From Escherichia coli (GTDB lineage Bacteria > Pseudomonadota > Gammaproteobacteria > Enterobacterales > Enterobacteriaceae): a stretch of DNA of 64,000 nt. A program made the position numbers and the translations under genes. Below the pieces are notes generated by a model. The model ran no database searches and was not told the origin of the DNA. It saw only the letters and a list, made by a program, of their open reading frames with translations. Numbering within the stretch: position 1 is the first letter of the stretch; every line of letters begins with the position of its first letter. Where the stretch lies: the NCBI RefSeq assembly GCF_003790525.1, contig NZ_CP033635.1. One strand, written 5' to 3'. Of this stretch, positions 1 to 13,170 are shown piece by piece.

Positions 1-420
1 TTTGGCGATCCAGAAACCCAACCGATTATGCTGCGCATGAAGTCCGATCTGGTTGAACTCTGCCTGGCAGCCTGTGAAGGCAAGCTGGACGAGAAAACGT
101 CCGAGTGGGATGAACGCGCTTCTCTCGGCGTGGTGATGGCTGCGGGTGGATATCCGGGCGATTACCGCACCGGCGATGTGATCCACGGCCTGCCGCTGGA
201 AGAAGTGTCTGACGGCAAAGTGTTCCACGCGGGCACGAAACTGGCGGATGACGAGCAGGTAGTGACCAGCGGCGGGCGCGTACTGTGCGTCACCGCGCTG
301 GGTCATACCGTGGCAGAAGCGCAGAAACGCGCTTATGCCTTAATGACCGATATCCATTGGGACGACTGCTTCTGCCGGAAAGATATCGGCTGGCGCGCTA
401 TCGAACGCGAGCAGAACTAA
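1..420 (+). CDS. purD: Phosphoribosylamine-glycine ligase (GAR synthetase), C-terminal part; 5' end lies outside the window
   Basis: Frame-1 ORF ending at 420; translation ends ...[13 protein letters not shown], matching the PurD C-terminus as I recall it; position next to zraR fits K-12 order. Confidence 0.85.
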   Translation, partial: FGDPETQPIMLRMKSDLVELCLAACEGKLDEKTSEWDERASLGVVMAAGGYPGDYRTGDVIHGLPLEEVSDGKVFHAGTKLADDEQVVTSGGRVLCVTALGHTVAEAQKRAYALMTDIHWDDCFCRKDIGWRAIEREQN

Positions 421-1742
421 CGCGACAGTTTTGCCAAGAGCGTTTTGCGCGTGATCCCTAACTGACGGGCGGCTTCGGTTTTGTTGCCGCCCGTTTTCTC
501 CAGTGCCGCAAGAATCACCTCTTTTTCGACTTCCACCAGCGGCTGAATATCCTGACTTTGTACCAGCGGGATCGGCGTACTCGCAATCGCCAGCGGCAGC
601 TCGCGTTCGGAAATATATTCCCCGGTCAGCAGCACCACCGCCCGTTCCACCGCGTTTTCCAGTTCACGAATATTTCCCGGCCAGTCGTAGTGAATCAGCA
701 GATCCATCGCCTGGGGCGTAAAACCTTTTACCGCCTTGCGATTACGCTCGGCAAAGCGCTGAAGAAAATGGTTTGTCAGCAGAGGAATATCTTCCCGCCG
801 CTGACGCAGCGACGGAACTTCAATCGCCACCACGTTCAGGCGATAGTAGAGATCCTGGCGAAAACGCCCGGCATTCACCTCTGCGGCAAGATCGCGATGA
901 GTCGCCGCAATCAGCCGGACATCAACCGAGATGGTCTGGTTGCTGCCGACACGCTGAACTTCGCGCTCCTGAATCGCACGTAGCAGACGCACCTGCATCA
1001 TCGGCGAGATATCGCCAATTTCATCGAGAAACAACGTGCCGCCGTCCGCCTCAACAAAGCGCCCCTCCCGCCGTTTGTCGGCCCCGGTAAACGCCCCTTT
1101 TTCGTGACCGAACAATTCAGATTCCAGCAAGGATTCGTTGAGTGCCGCACAGTTGAGCGTTACCAGTGGTTTTTCACTCCGTGCGCTACTGGCGTGAATC
1201 GCCCTGGCGACCAGCTCTTTACCGGTGCCGGAATCGCCATGGATCAGCACCGTGGCTTCCGATGGCGCGACGAGGGCGATTTCACTGAGCAGGTGTTGCA
1301 TCGCCGGGCTTTTACCGACCATACCGAACTGGCTGGCAGACACCGCAGGCGTTTCAGCGTCAATACTGTGCGTATGCGCGAGGGCCTTTTCCAGCGTCGC
1401 CTGCAGGTTATCGAAATCCAGCGGCTTGATGAGATAATCCAGCGCCCCGGTTTTCAACGCCTCTACCGCCGTCTCGACGCTGGAGTACGCGGTCATAATC
1501 AGTACCGGAATTGCCGGATTTAACGCTTTGATCTCTTTGAGCGTGGCGATGCCGTCCATCTCTGCCATTCGCACATCGCAAAGCACAAGATCAAAAACCT
1601 GTTCCCGCACCTGCTCCAGCGCCTGTCGCCCGCTGTTCGCCAGCGCGACGTTATAGCCCCAGCCGCGCAGTAAAGCCTGCAAAATAGTGCAGTGGCTAAT
1701 GTCATCATCCACCACCAGAATATCGATATTATCGTGCGTCAT
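417..1742 (-). CDS. zraR: Sigma54-dependent two-component response regulator ZraR (HydG)
   Basis: 441 aa ORF with receiver domain, AAA+ sigma54-activator motifs ([14 protein letters not shown]) and C-terminal HTH; overlaps zraS stop by 4 nt. Confidence 0.93.
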   Translation of the reverse strand: MTHDNIDILVVDDDISHCTILQALLRGWGYNVALANSGRQALEQVREQVFDLVLCDVRMAEMDGIATLKEIKALNPAIPVLIMTAYSSVETAVEALKTGALDYLIKPLDFDNLQATLEKALAHTHSIDAETPAVSASQFGMVGKSPAMQHLLSEIALVAPSEATVLIHGDSGTGKELVARAIHASSARSEKPLVTLNCAALNESLLESELFGHEKGAFTGADKRREGRFVEADGGTLFLDEIGDISPMMQVRLLRAIQEREVQRVGSNQTISVDVRLIAATHRDLAAEVNAGRFRQDLYYRLNVVAIEVPSLRQRREDIPLLTNHFLQRFAERNRKAVKGFTPQAMDLLIHYDWPGNIRELENAVERAVVLLTGEYISERELPLAIASTPIPLVQSQDIQPLVEVEKEVILAALEKTGGNKTEAARQLGITRKTLLAKLSR

Positions 1743-3115
1743 CCTTGTGGGTCCTTACGCGTAATATTGACCGGAAGCCAGAGGGTGAACGTTGCGCCTT
1801 TTCCCTCCTGGCTTGCGACCTGAATTGTACCACCGTGTTGTTCAACAATATTATGCACGACCGCCAGCCCCAGTCCGGTGCCTTCGGCTTTGGTGGTGAA
1901 GTACGGGGTGAAGATGGCTTCAAGCTGATCTGCCGCAATTCCCTTACCGCTGTCGGTAACGCTGATTTTCACACCCGTGCCGCTTTCGCTGGCCGTCACG
2001 CTAATCACGCCATGCTGACCAATCGCCTGAATAGCATTGAGATAGAGATTCAACAGGACCTGAGTCAGCCTGTCCGGATCGGCCTGAATTTCCGGTAATG
2101 TGTCGTTGGCGGTAAAGCGTAACTGGATCTCCCGGCTGTTTGCATCCTGGCTTACCAGCTGTAATGAGTGGTTAATCAGCGTGTTGAGATCCACCGCCTG
2201 CAAAGCCAGATGCGTTGGCTTAACCAGTTCCAGCAACTCGCTTACCACGCGGTTTAAACGGTCGGCTTCTTTCGCCATCACCTGCGCCAGTTGATGCGCT
2301 TCTCCCCCTGCTGGCGCGCGTTCGGCAAAGTATTTCGCCAGCCCTTTAATCGAGGAAAGTGGGTTACGGATTTCGTGGGCAACACCTGCCGCAAGGTGCC
2401 CCAGCGCCACCAGCTTCTCTTTGCGCTTCATTTCATCCTGCAACAACTGGCGCGAGCGCAGATAGCGACGATACCAGAAGAATGACAACACGCTTGCCAG
2501 CAAGACCGTCGCCAGGGCGAAGAGGATAATCAGGGTGTTTCTCTGCTCACGATCTTCGGCACTCACAATGTTACTGGCGTCGAAAGCAATGAAAATTGCT
2601 TGTGGTGTCGCGGCATATTGCTGCATATGGCGCATCCGGTGCATTCCAGCAGCAAACATCGGTTGAAACTGGCGATAAATTTCCAGAACAGGCTCGCCGT
2701 CTGCGCTATCGATCCGCCGCCACGCTTCTTCATCTCCCGGATGTAACTGCTGCATTTCCTGCGGGGAATAAAGCTGTTTTCCCACCATGCCGGAGTTGCT
2801 ATGCATCACGATTGTTCCTTGTTCATCCGTGACCGCAAACCAACGTACACCAGGCTGCCCGGCCATTTCTTCCAGTAATGCCTGCTGCTGCGCATGATGC
2901 ATGCGCATCCCCATGCCGACGCGCGAGCCGGATTCGAGAGCACGGATAAGTACACTGCCTTTTTCCAGCAGCGTTTGTCTGGCGGCGGCAGTCTCGCGCC
3001 CATAATCGCGAATCACTGTCACCGCAAACAGCCCCACCAGCCCAACAATGACCACGGGGAGGATCGCGCTTAACCATTTAGCTAAGGAGTCTTTAGAACG
3101 TTGCATAAAACGCAT
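1739..3115 (-). CDS. zraS: Sensor histidine kinase ZraS (HydH)
   Basis: 458 aa ORF with transmembrane N-terminus and HisKA/HATPase motifs (HEIRNPL...); immediately upstream of zraR. Confidence 0.9.
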   Translation of the reverse strand: MRFMQRSKDSLAKWLSAILPVVIVGLVGLFAVTVIRDYGRETAAARQTLLEKGSVLIRALESGSRVGMGMRMHHAQQQALLEEMAGQPGVRWFAVTDEQGTIVMHSNSGMVGKQLYSPQEMQQLHPGDEEAWRRIDSADGEPVLEIYRQFQPMFAAGMHRMRHMQQYAATPQAIFIAFDASNIVSAEDREQRNTLIILFALATVLLASVLSFFWYRRYLRSRQLLQDEMKRKEKLVALGHLAAGVAHEIRNPLSSIKGLAKYFAERAPAGGEAHQLAQVMAKEADRLNRVVSELLELVKPTHLALQAVDLNTLINHSLQLVSQDANSREIQLRFTANDTLPEIQADPDRLTQVLLNLYLNAIQAIGQHGVISVTASESGTGVKISVTDSGKGIAADQLEAIFTPYFTTKAEGTGLGLAVVHNIVEQHGGTIQVASQEGKGATFTLWLPVNITRKDPQG

Positions 3116-3127
3116 CTTCTTCTTTGC

Positions 3128-3142
3128 CTGCTCATCCCTTTC
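3128..3142 (-). promoter_or_regulatory. Sigma54 (-24/-12) promoter for zraSR
   Basis: Reverse complement reads TGGCATGATTTCTGC, i.e. GG-N10-GC spacing of an RpoN promoter, upstream of zraS. Confidence 0.6.
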
Positions 3143-3213
3143 TGACAGCAGAAATCATGCCATCTTTTATCAGCGCTTACCCTGCGCTGTAACACAAAGG
3201 CTTAAGTTTCAAT

Positions 3214-3260
3214 GAGTAAAAATGACTCGCTACCCGCAGCAGGCGAGTCATTTTTACTCG
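3214..3260. promoter_or_regulatory. ZraR-binding inverted repeat (enhancer) between divergent zraP and zraSR
   Basis: Perfect 17-nt inverted repeat GAGTAAAAATGACTCGC ... GCGAGTCATTTTTACTC seen directly in the sequence. Confidence 0.7.
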
Positions 3261-3301
3261 TTTATCATGCCAGATTACCCGTCATATCAGCGTTTCGCCG
3301 T

Positions 3302-3317
3302 TGGCACGGAAGATGCA
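3302..3317 (+). promoter_or_regulatory. Sigma54 (-24/-12) promoter for zraP
   Basis: TGGCACGGAAGATGCA with GG-N10-GC spacing about 35 nt upstream of the zraP start. Confidence 0.65.
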
Positions 3318-3352
3318 ATACCCGAAGTAAGACAACCACTGGAGGATTAACC

Positions 3353-3772
3353 ATGAAACGGAACACGAAAATTGCCCTGGTAATGATGGCGCTTTCAGCA
3401 ATGGCGATGGGATCGACATCGGCATTTGCTCACGGCGGACATGGTATGTGGCAGCAAAATGCCGCGCCTTTGACCAGCGAACAACAGACAGTCTGGCAAA
3501 AAATTCATAATGACTTTTACGCCCAAAGCAGCGTGCTGCAACAAAAACTGGTGACGAAGCGTTATGAATACAACGCGTTGTTAGCCGCGAACCCACCGGA
3601 TAGCAGCAAAATCAATGCCGTTGCTAAAGAGATGGAAACGCTGCGTCAATCATTAGACGAGTTACGGGTTAAACGCGATATTGCGATGGCTGAAGCGGGT
3701 ATCCCGCGCGGTTGCGGTATGGGTTACGGTGGTTGCGATGGTGGCGGTCATATGGGTATGGGCCACTGGTAA
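3353..3772 (+). CDS. zraP: Zinc-resistance-associated periplasmic protein ZraP
   Basis: ATG at 3353 preceded by GGAGG; signal peptide MKRNTKIALVMMALSAMAMG and His/Gly-rich C-terminus; the longer ORF from 3212 is probably an upstream in-frame extension. Confidence 0.88.
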   Translation: MKRNTKIALVMMALSAMAMGSTSAFAHGGHGMWQQNAAPLTSEQQTVWQKIHNDFYAQSSVLQQKLVTKRYEYNALLAANPPDSSKINAVAKEMETLRQSLDELRVKRDIAMAEAGIPRGCGMGYGGCDGGGHMGMGHW

Positions 3773-3773
3773 A

Positions 3774-4475
3774 TCAGAACGTTTTCTCGTTGGGTTGCCA
3801 GCGACAGAAATCAGAGTTTGCCACCAACAGTAATTGCGAACCTTCGGGCGCTTCCAGCCATGCCACGCTGACATCAACAGAAGAGCGGCTCTGGCGGCGC
3901 TCGATATGCGCTATCGCCTGCGAATCTAAATCAGGTTTAATGGTTTGCCCTTCGCAGGTGGTCACAGTCTGCTCCATCGCATGCCAGCGCCCCTGGCGCA
4001 GCACGACTCTCCCCTGACGTAAGGCATCGCTAATCTGGCGGATCTGATCAGCACGATAACGGTATAAATCGATTTGGTCGTTAGAAAGCTGCTGCTTTTC
4101 CCCATCGGATTCACGTTGCATAAAGCTCAGATCGCCGCGATCGTCAAAACGCGCGCGAATGTTCACCGGCGGTTTGCTGTAAACATTGATATTGATGAGC
4201 GTGAGGTTATCGCCCTGCCAGCGATACTCTCGCGTTGTGGTATCGCCACTGCGCCACGGGCTAAACACGGCAAGCAGATGCACATTATCGCCGCTGTCTT
4301 TTCGCCAGATGCGTACCGCGCCCTGGTCTTCAGCAAATCCACTGGCGGTAAAGGGAGGAAGTGAAGAGTTGTGACTACAGGCAGTGAGAAACAGAGCGCC
4401 AGCCAGCATCAATGATCGACGCCAGAAAGACAAAAGGGGTGAAACCACCCCTTCGTTAAAACTGTTCACTGCCAC
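3774..4475 (-). CDS. yjaH: Conserved protein of unknown function YjaH (DUF1481 family), probable lipoprotein
   Basis: 233 aa ORF with N-terminal signal/lipobox-like sequence (LFLTAC); K-12 gene order. Confidence 0.8.
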   Translation of the reverse strand: MAVNSFNEGVVSPLLSFWRRSLMLAGALFLTACSHNSSLPPFTASGFAEDQGAVRIWRKDSGDNVHLLAVFSPWRSGDTTTREYRWQGDNLTLININVYSKPPVNIRARFDDRGDLSFMQRESDGEKQQLSNDQIDLYRYRADQIRQISDALRQGRVVLRQGRWHAMEQTVTTCEGQTIKPDLDSQAIAHIERRQSRSSVDVSVAWLEAPEGSQLLLVANSDFCRWQPNEKTF

Positions 4476-4481
4476 GCAATC

Positions 4482-4754
4482 TTACTTAACTGCGTCTTTC
4501 AGTGCCTTGCCAGAAACAAATGCCGGTACGTTAGCTGCGGCAATTTTGATTTCTTTACCGGTCTGCGGGTTGCGGCCAGTACGCTCAGCGCGGTGGTTCA
4601 CTTTGAAGGTACCGAAACCAACCAGTTGTACAGCATCGCCTTCTTTCAGAGACTCAGTAATTGCAGCCAGAGTGGACTCCAGAGCAGCTTTAGCCTGGGT
4701 TTTGGACAGTTCTGCTTTCTCTGCAATTACATCAATCAGTTGAGTCTTGTTCAT
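4482..4754 (-). CDS. hupA: DNA-binding protein HU-alpha
   Basis: 90 aa [93 protein letters not shown]. Confidence 0.97.
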
Positions 4755-4940
4755 AAGTTATCCTTACAATGTGTTTATCGCTTGCTAAGCATCGAGTGCG
4801 ACGGAAATGCCAGAATAGCACTCTCCTGCATACACGCACCGATAGCCACTTTTTTTCGCCCCCCAAATGTAGACCAGACGGGGGGCGAAAGGGAAGACTC
4901 CAGGTACGACAAATCAGGCGTTAAATCACGTTTTCTGGTC

Positions 4941-5531
4941 TTATTGCTGAAAAATTATACCAATATTGCTCTCACCCGCCTCACGCAGGTCTGCCCTAAG
5001 GCCTTTTATCAGCTCGATATCGCGTTCTTCGCACTCAGCTAAAAGTCGGAATATTTCCCACTGAATGTCCCATTCTTGCTCTACAGCTGGGTTTTCTTTG
5101 AGCTCTTCATCGCTCATTTCGCGACCAGCCTGAGTCATTTCCAGCATCGCAACGGTCGTGATGGAGGTCTTACTCACTTCCACCGCGTGTTCGAGCGTTT
5201 CGCCACTTAAACGCGAATGGACCAGTTCACTTAACGCCACGCATGCATCGATTGCCGGATAAACGCCGTACAGATCGAAATCGTCGGCTGAAGGAATCGC
5301 TTCTTCAAATTTCTCCAGTTGGCTGTCGAAATTTACTTTTGCGTCTTTGACGGTCAGCGTTTCCCAGATGAGATCGAGAATGCGGCGGTAAATTTGCCCA
5401 TCACCAAAACCGGTTTGCTGGCAGAACATGGCGTAATTGGGGTACATGCGTTCGCATAAGCAAGCCATGAAAGTGACGTGCTGCCAGCTTTCCAGGCGCT
5501 CCAGACGCAGATGAATTGGGTTTTGTAACAT
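4941..5531 (-). CDS. yjaG: Conserved protein of unknown function YjaG (DUF416)
   Basis: 196 aa ORF; position between hupA and nfi as in K-12. Confidence 0.85.
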   Translation of the reverse strand: MLQNPIHLRLERLESWQHVTFMACLCERMYPNYAMFCQQTGFGDGQIYRRILDLIWETLTVKDAKVNFDSQLEKFEEAIPSADDFDLYGVYPAIDACVALSELVHSRLSGETLEHAVEVSKTSITTVAMLEMTQAGREMSDEELKENPAVEQEWDIQWEIFRLLAECEERDIELIKGLRADLREAGESNIGIIFQQ

Positions 5532-5573
5532 GTTGAGTTCTCAAATACGGAAATTATCCGCAGTTTACCTGAA

Positions 5574-6245
5574 TTAGGGCTGATTTGCTGTATAGCGCAC
5601 GAACGCCGGACGTTCCGAGGCCACCGCGTCCGCCCAGCGCGTTGGCTCCGGCAGACGATAGCCTTTCATGCAGCGTTGTACCCACGCCAGCGCGCTGTCC
5701 ACGCTGACCCGATGACCGGTAGCGATAAACAACGGGTTACAGCGCGCTTTGCTGCGCCAGACCCAGGCCAGCTGCTCGCCTTTATCCATCAGTGGGGCCA
5801 GCGCGCCCGGTTCGCTGGAGAGCGGTTCGAATTTACCGCAGAGCCGTTTTTTCGCCACGCCAATGGTCGGCACATCCACCAGCAAACCAAAGTGGCTGGC
5901 AACGCCAAGACGGCGAGGATGCGAGATCCCGTGACCATCGACAAACACTAAATCCGGCTTTTGTGACAGCATCTCCCACGCTGCCAGCAGCGCAGGATAT
6001 TCGCGGAAGGAGAGAAAACCTGGAATGTAAGGCATGGTGGTGGCGATGCGGGCCACTTTATACTCCACCAGCTCAAGCGAGGGGTATTTCAGCAGCACCA
6101 TCGCCGCTCGCGTCACTTCTCCGCCCTGCTCAAATCCGACATCGGCTCCGGCGATCAGATCCGGCGGATCTTTATCGAGTCGATCCTCGCGGATCACAGA
6201 AGAAGCCAGTTCAATTTGTTGAGCGCGTAATGACGCGAGATCCAT
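5574..6245 (-). CDS. nfi: Endonuclease V (deoxyinosine 3' endonuclease)
   Basis: 223 aa ORF; downstream of hemE and nudC as in K-12. Confidence 0.9.
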
Positions 6246-6254
6246 AATCGCTCC

Positions 6255-7319
6255 TTAGCGGTGATACTGTTCAGACAAGCGATGCACTGCCTCCACAAAC
6301 ACGCCAGCATGTTCTGGCGGCACATCCTGATGAATGCCGTGACCAAGGTTAAAGACATGACCTTCGCCGTGACCGAAACCGGCAAGTATAGTCGCAACTT
6401 CTTCTTCAATGCGGGCAGGTGGCGCGTACAGCATCGACGGATCCATATTACCCTGCAGCGCGACTTTATTGCCCACGCGACGGCGCGCATCGGCGATGTC
6501 CGTTGTCCAGTCGAGGCCCAGCGCATCGCAACCGGTTTCTGCCATCGCTTCCAGCCACTGTCCGCCACCTTTGGTAAACAGCGTGACCGGTACGCGGCGA
6601 CCGTCGTTTTCACGCAGTAAACCATCAACAATTTTATGCATGTAATAGAGCGAGAACTGTTGATAATCGCGCCCGGTAAGCACGCCGCCCCAGGTGTCGA
6701 AAATCATCACTGCCTGAGCACCGGCTTTAATCTGCGCATTCAGATACAAAGTGACGCTTTTCGCCAGTTTATCGAGTAGCGCGTGCAGCGCCTGCGGATC
6801 GGCATACATCATTTTTTTGATCACGGTGAAGGCTTTGCTGCTGCCGCCTTCCACCATGTAGGTCGCCAGCGTCCACGGGCTGCCAGAAAAACCAATCAGC
6901 GGCACTTCGCCTTTCAGTTCGCGACGAATGGTACGCACCGCGTTCATCACGTAACCCAGCTCATCTTCCGGGTCCGGAATTGGCAGTTTATCGACGTCGG
7001 CTTTGCAGGTGACTGGCGAGGTAAAACGCGGACCTTCTCCGGCTTCAAAATAGAGCCCTAACCCCATCGCGTCCGGCACGGTGAGGATATCGGAAAAGAG
7101 GATCGCCGCATCCAGCGGGTAGCGACGCAGCGGTTGCAAAGTCACTTCGCACGCCAGCTCGGCGTTTTTGCACAGCGACATAAAATCGCCCGCCTGGGCG
7201 CGCGTGGCTTTATATTCCGGTAGATAGCGACCCGCCTGGCGCATCATCCATACTGGAGTGACATCAACGGGCTGGCGCAGCAGCGCCCGCAGATAACGAT
7301 CGTTTTTAAGTTCGGTCAT
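6255..7319 (-). CDS. hemE: Uroporphyrinogen decarboxylase
   Basis: 354 aa [39 protein letters not shown]... matching the URO-D signature. Confidence 0.95.
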   Translation of the reverse strand: MTELKNDRYLRALLRQPVDVTPVWMMRQAGRYLPEYKATRAQAGDFMSLCKNAELACEVTLQPLRRYPLDAAILFSDILTVPDAMGLGLYFEAGEGPRFTSPVTCKADVDKLPIPDPEDELGYVMNAVRTIRRELKGEVPLIGFSGSPWTLATYMVEGGSSKAFTVIKKMMYADPQALHALLDKLAKSVTLYLNAQIKAGAQAVMIFDTWGGVLTGRDYQQFSLYYMHKIVDGLLRENDGRRVPVTLFTKGGGQWLEAMAETGCDALGLDWTTDIADARRRVGNKVALQGNMDPSMLYAPPARIEEEVATILAGFGHGEGHVFNLGHGIHQDVPPEHAGVFVEAVHRLSEQYHR

Positions 7320-7358
7320 TTTGGCTGTTCCTTAGTGCGTCAGGCGGTCAGTGTATCA

Positions 7359-8132
7359 TCACTCATACTCTGCCCGACACATCGCCACTGTATCTTCTAT
7401 CAGACGGCGCGCTACGGTGCCGGGCGGCGGGAGTAACGGCAAATCGTCATAGCGATACCAGTTCGCCTCAAGCAATTCTTTCGGGTCGATCACGATCTCG
7501 CCGCTGTCATATTCCGCCATAAACGCGGTCATTAAAGACTGAGGAAACGGCCACGGCTGGGAAGTCACGTAACGCAAGTTTTTAACTTTAATTCCGCTCT
7601 CTTCCATCACTTCCCGCGCGACAGCCTGCTCGAGGGTTTCGCCCACTTCGACGAATCCGGCAAGTACCGTATGGACACCGTTACGATGGCGGGTATGCTG
7701 GGCGAGGAGGATCGAATCATCGCGACGGATGGCAACAATAATGCAGGGGGCGATTTGCGGGTAGTAACGCTCACGGCAATGGCTGCACAGCATCGCCCAT
7801 TCGGTTTTGCTTGGATACATTTCATGCCCGCAGTAACCACAGTATTTATGCGATCGGTAAAACTCCGCCAGTTGCACGCCACGTCCGGCCAGTTGAAACA
7901 GCCCAACATCGAGATCAATGACCTGACGTACCGACCCCATATCGTGACGCCGCTGCTGTTGTACTAACCAAACAGGTTCCCCCTGCCATTCGCCGATTTG
8001 TAGTGCGCGCTGACCCACAAGATCGAAATTTGCCGCTTCGCCATATGGCAATTCTCCCTTCGGCAACCATAATTTTTGTTCATGGCTGACGACCCACCAG
8101 CCGTGATCTAATTTTTCAATTATACGATCCAT
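7359..8132 (-). CDS. nudC: NADH pyrophosphatase (Nudix hydrolase)
   Basis: 257 aa ORF with zinc-binding Cys cluster (CGYCGH...CSHC) and Nudix box (...[11 protein letters not shown]...). Confidence 0.93.
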   Translation of the reverse strand: MDRIIEKLDHGWWVVSHEQKLWLPKGELPYGEAANFDLVGQRALQIGEWQGEPVWLVQQQRRHDMGSVRQVIDLDVGLFQLAGRGVQLAEFYRSHKYCGYCGHEMYPSKTEWAMLCSHCRERYYPQIAPCIIVAIRRDDSILLAQHTRHRNGVHTVLAGFVEVGETLEQAVAREVMEESGIKVKNLRYVTSQPWPFPQSLMTAFMAEYDSGEIVIDPKELLEANWYRYDDLPLLPPPGTVARRLIEDTVAMCRAEYE

Positions 8133-8226
8133 AGCTCTTGCACTACCTTTGCATCACTGGCATGTTTAACATGGTTTTTACATTTCTCACTGAGCAGTTT
8201 TTGAATACAAACTTGCGGAGTCAATC

Positions 8227-8703
8227 ATGCTTAACCAGCTCGATAACCTGACGGAGCGCGTCAGAGGAAGTAACAAACTGGTTGATCGCTGGCTACATGT
8301 ACGTAAGCATCTGCTCGTGGCTTACTACAATCTGGTTGGCATTAAGCCTGGCAAAGAATCGTACATGAGGCTAAACGAAAAAGCCCTTGATGATTTTTGT
8401 CAGAGCCTGGTCGATTACTTGTCTGCCGGACATTTCAGTATTTATGAGCGCATTCTTCATAAGCTGGAAGGCAACGGGCAACTCGCGCGCGCCGCGAAGA
8501 TTTGGCCGCAACTCGAAGCCAATACCCAACAGATCATGGATTACTACGATTCCAGCCTGGAAACCGCCATCGATCATGATAATTACCTTGAGTTTCAACA
8601 GGTTTTATCTGACATCGGCGAGGCGCTGGAAGCGCGCTTTGTGCTGGAAGATAAGCTGATTCTGCTGGTGCTTGACGCCGCCCGCGTCAAACATCCTGCT
8701 TGA
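8227..8703 (+). CDS. rsd: Regulator of sigma D (anti-sigma70 factor Rsd)
   Basis: 158 aa ORF; divergent from nudC and upstream of thiC as in K-12. Confidence 0.92.
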   Translation: MLNQLDNLTERVRGSNKLVDRWLHVRKHLLVAYYNLVGIKPGKESYMRLNEKALDDFCQSLVDYLSAGHFSIYERILHKLEGNGQLARAAKIWPQLEANTQQIMDYYDSSLETAIDHDNYLEFQQVLSDIGEALEARFVLEDKLILLVLDAARVKHPA

Positions 8704-8763
8704 GTTCTGCGCTGTTAACGCGTAATTTACATTCAACGCCCCGTTTGTGGGGCTAATTTCTTG

Positions 8764-11458
<2,695 letters not shown>

Positions 11459-11466
<8 letters not shown>

Positions 11467-12214
11467 CCGTGACTTTATGCGTTATAGCCGCCAAATCCTG
11501 CTCGACGATATCGCTCTGGACGGGCAGCAAAAACTGCTCGACAGCCAGGTGCTGATTATTGGTCTTGGCGGGCTGGGTACACCTGTTGCGCTATACCTGG
11601 CGGGGGCTGGCGTCGGGACGCTGGTACTGGCAGATGACGACGATGTGCATTTAAGCAATCTGCAACGACAAATCCTCTTTACCACTGAAGATATCGATCT
11701 CCCGAAATCACAGGTCAGCCAACAGCGACTGACACAGTTGAATCCCGACATTCAACTGATGGCATTACAACAACGATTAACGGGTGAGACGTTAAAAGAT
11801 GCGGTTGCACAAGCCGATGTGGTGCTCGACTGTACTGACAATATGGCGACTCGCCAGGAGATTAATGCCACCTGCGTGGCACTCAACACGCCGCTTATCA
11901 CCGCCAGCGCGGTCGGATTTGGCGGTCAGTTGATGGTACTGACGCCGCCCTGGGAGCAGGGGTGTTACCGCTGCCTGTGGCCAGATAACCAGGAGCCAGA
12001 ACGCAACTGCCGCACGGCGGGCGTGGTTGGCCCGGTGGTCGGGGTTATGGGCACTTTACAGGCACTGGAAGCCATTAAGTTATTAAGCGGTATAGAGACG
12101 CCTGCGGGAGAACTCCGACTGTTCGACGGTAAATCGAGCCAGTGGCGCAGTCTGACGTTGCGCCGCGCCAGCGGTTGCCCGGTATGTGGAGGATGCAATG
12201 CAGATCCTGTTTAA
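11459..12214 (+). CDS. thiF: ThiS adenylyltransferase ThiF
   Basis: Start placed at [12 protein letters not shown] (251 aa) by homology to the MoeB/ThiF N-terminus; GLGGLG nucleotide-binding motif; CxxC pairs; overlaps thiE by 8 nt. Confidence 0.9.
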
Positions 12215-12398
12215 CGATCAACCGATGCAGTGTGTCGCCGGACTAACTGTTCACGAACTGCTGGAGCAACTCGATCAACAACAAGCAGGTGCGGCACTGG
12301 CGATTAATCAGCAAATCGTCCCGCGGGAACAATGGGCGCAACATATCGTGCAGGATGGCGACCAGATCCTGCTTTTTCAAGTTATTGCAGGGGGTTGA
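12198..12398 (+). CDS. thiS: Sulfur-carrier protein ThiS
   Basis: 66 aa MQILFNDQ...VIAGG ending in the Gly-Gly C-terminus; overlaps the thiF 3' end. Confidence 0.92.
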   Translation: MQILFNDQPMQCVAGLTVHELLEQLDQQQAGAALAINQQIVPREQWAQHIVQDGDQILLFQVIAGG

Positions 12399-12399
12399 G

Positions 12400-13170
12400 A
12401 TGTTACATATTGCGAACAAAACGTTTGATTCACATCTGTTTACTGGCACCGGAAAATTCGCCTCTTCACAACTGATGGTGGAGTCTATTCGCGCTTCCGG
12501 CAGCCAACTGGTGACGCTGGCGATGAAACGCGTCAACTTGCGCCAGCACAACGACGCTATCCTCGAACCGCTTATCGCGGCGGGTGTGACCCTGCTGCCA
12601 AATACATCCGGGGCGAAAACAGCGGAAGAAGCCATTTTCGCCGCCCATCTGGCTCGTGAAGCGTTAGGCACAAACTGGTTAAAATTAGAGATTCACCCTG
12701 ACGCCCGCTGGCTGTTGCCCGATCCCATCGAAACCCTGAAAGCCGCCGAAACGCTGGTACAACAGGGATTTGTCGTGCTGCCTTACTGCGGGGCCGATCC
12801 GGTATTGTGTAAACGTCTGGAAGAAGTCGGCTGTGCAGCGGTGATGCCGCTCGGCGCGCCGATTGGCTCGAATCAGGGACTGGAAACCCGTGCCATGCTG
12901 GAGATTATTATCCAGCAAGCCACGGTTCCGGTGGTTGTCGATGCTGGCATCGGCGTTCCCAGCCATGCCGCGCAGGCGCTGGAAATGGGGGCCGACGCGG
13001 TGTTAGTGAATACGGCGATTGCCGTCGCGGACGATCCCGTCAACATGGCGAAGGCATTTCGTCTGGCAGTAGAAGCAGGCCTGCTGGCACGTCAGTCCGG
13101 ACCGGGCAGCCGCAGTCATTTTGCTCATGCCACCAGCCCGCTGACCGGATTTCTGGAGGCATCGGCATGA
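12400..13170 (+). CDS. thiG: Thiazole synthase ThiG
   Basis: 256 aa from [20 protein letters not shown]...; ATG 1 nt after the thiS stop. Confidence 0.93.
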   Translation: MLHIANKTFDSHLFTGTGKFASSQLMVESIRASGSQLVTLAMKRVNLRQHNDAILEPLIAAGVTLLPNTSGAKTAEEAIFAAHLAREALGTNWLKLEIHPDARWLLPDPIETLKAAETLVQQGFVVLPYCGADPVLCKRLEEVGCAAVMPLGAPIGSNQGLETRAMLEIIIQQATVPVVVDAGIGVPSHAAQALEMGADAVLVNTAIAVADDPVNMAKAFRLAVEAGLLARQSGPGSRSHFAHATSPLTGFLEASA

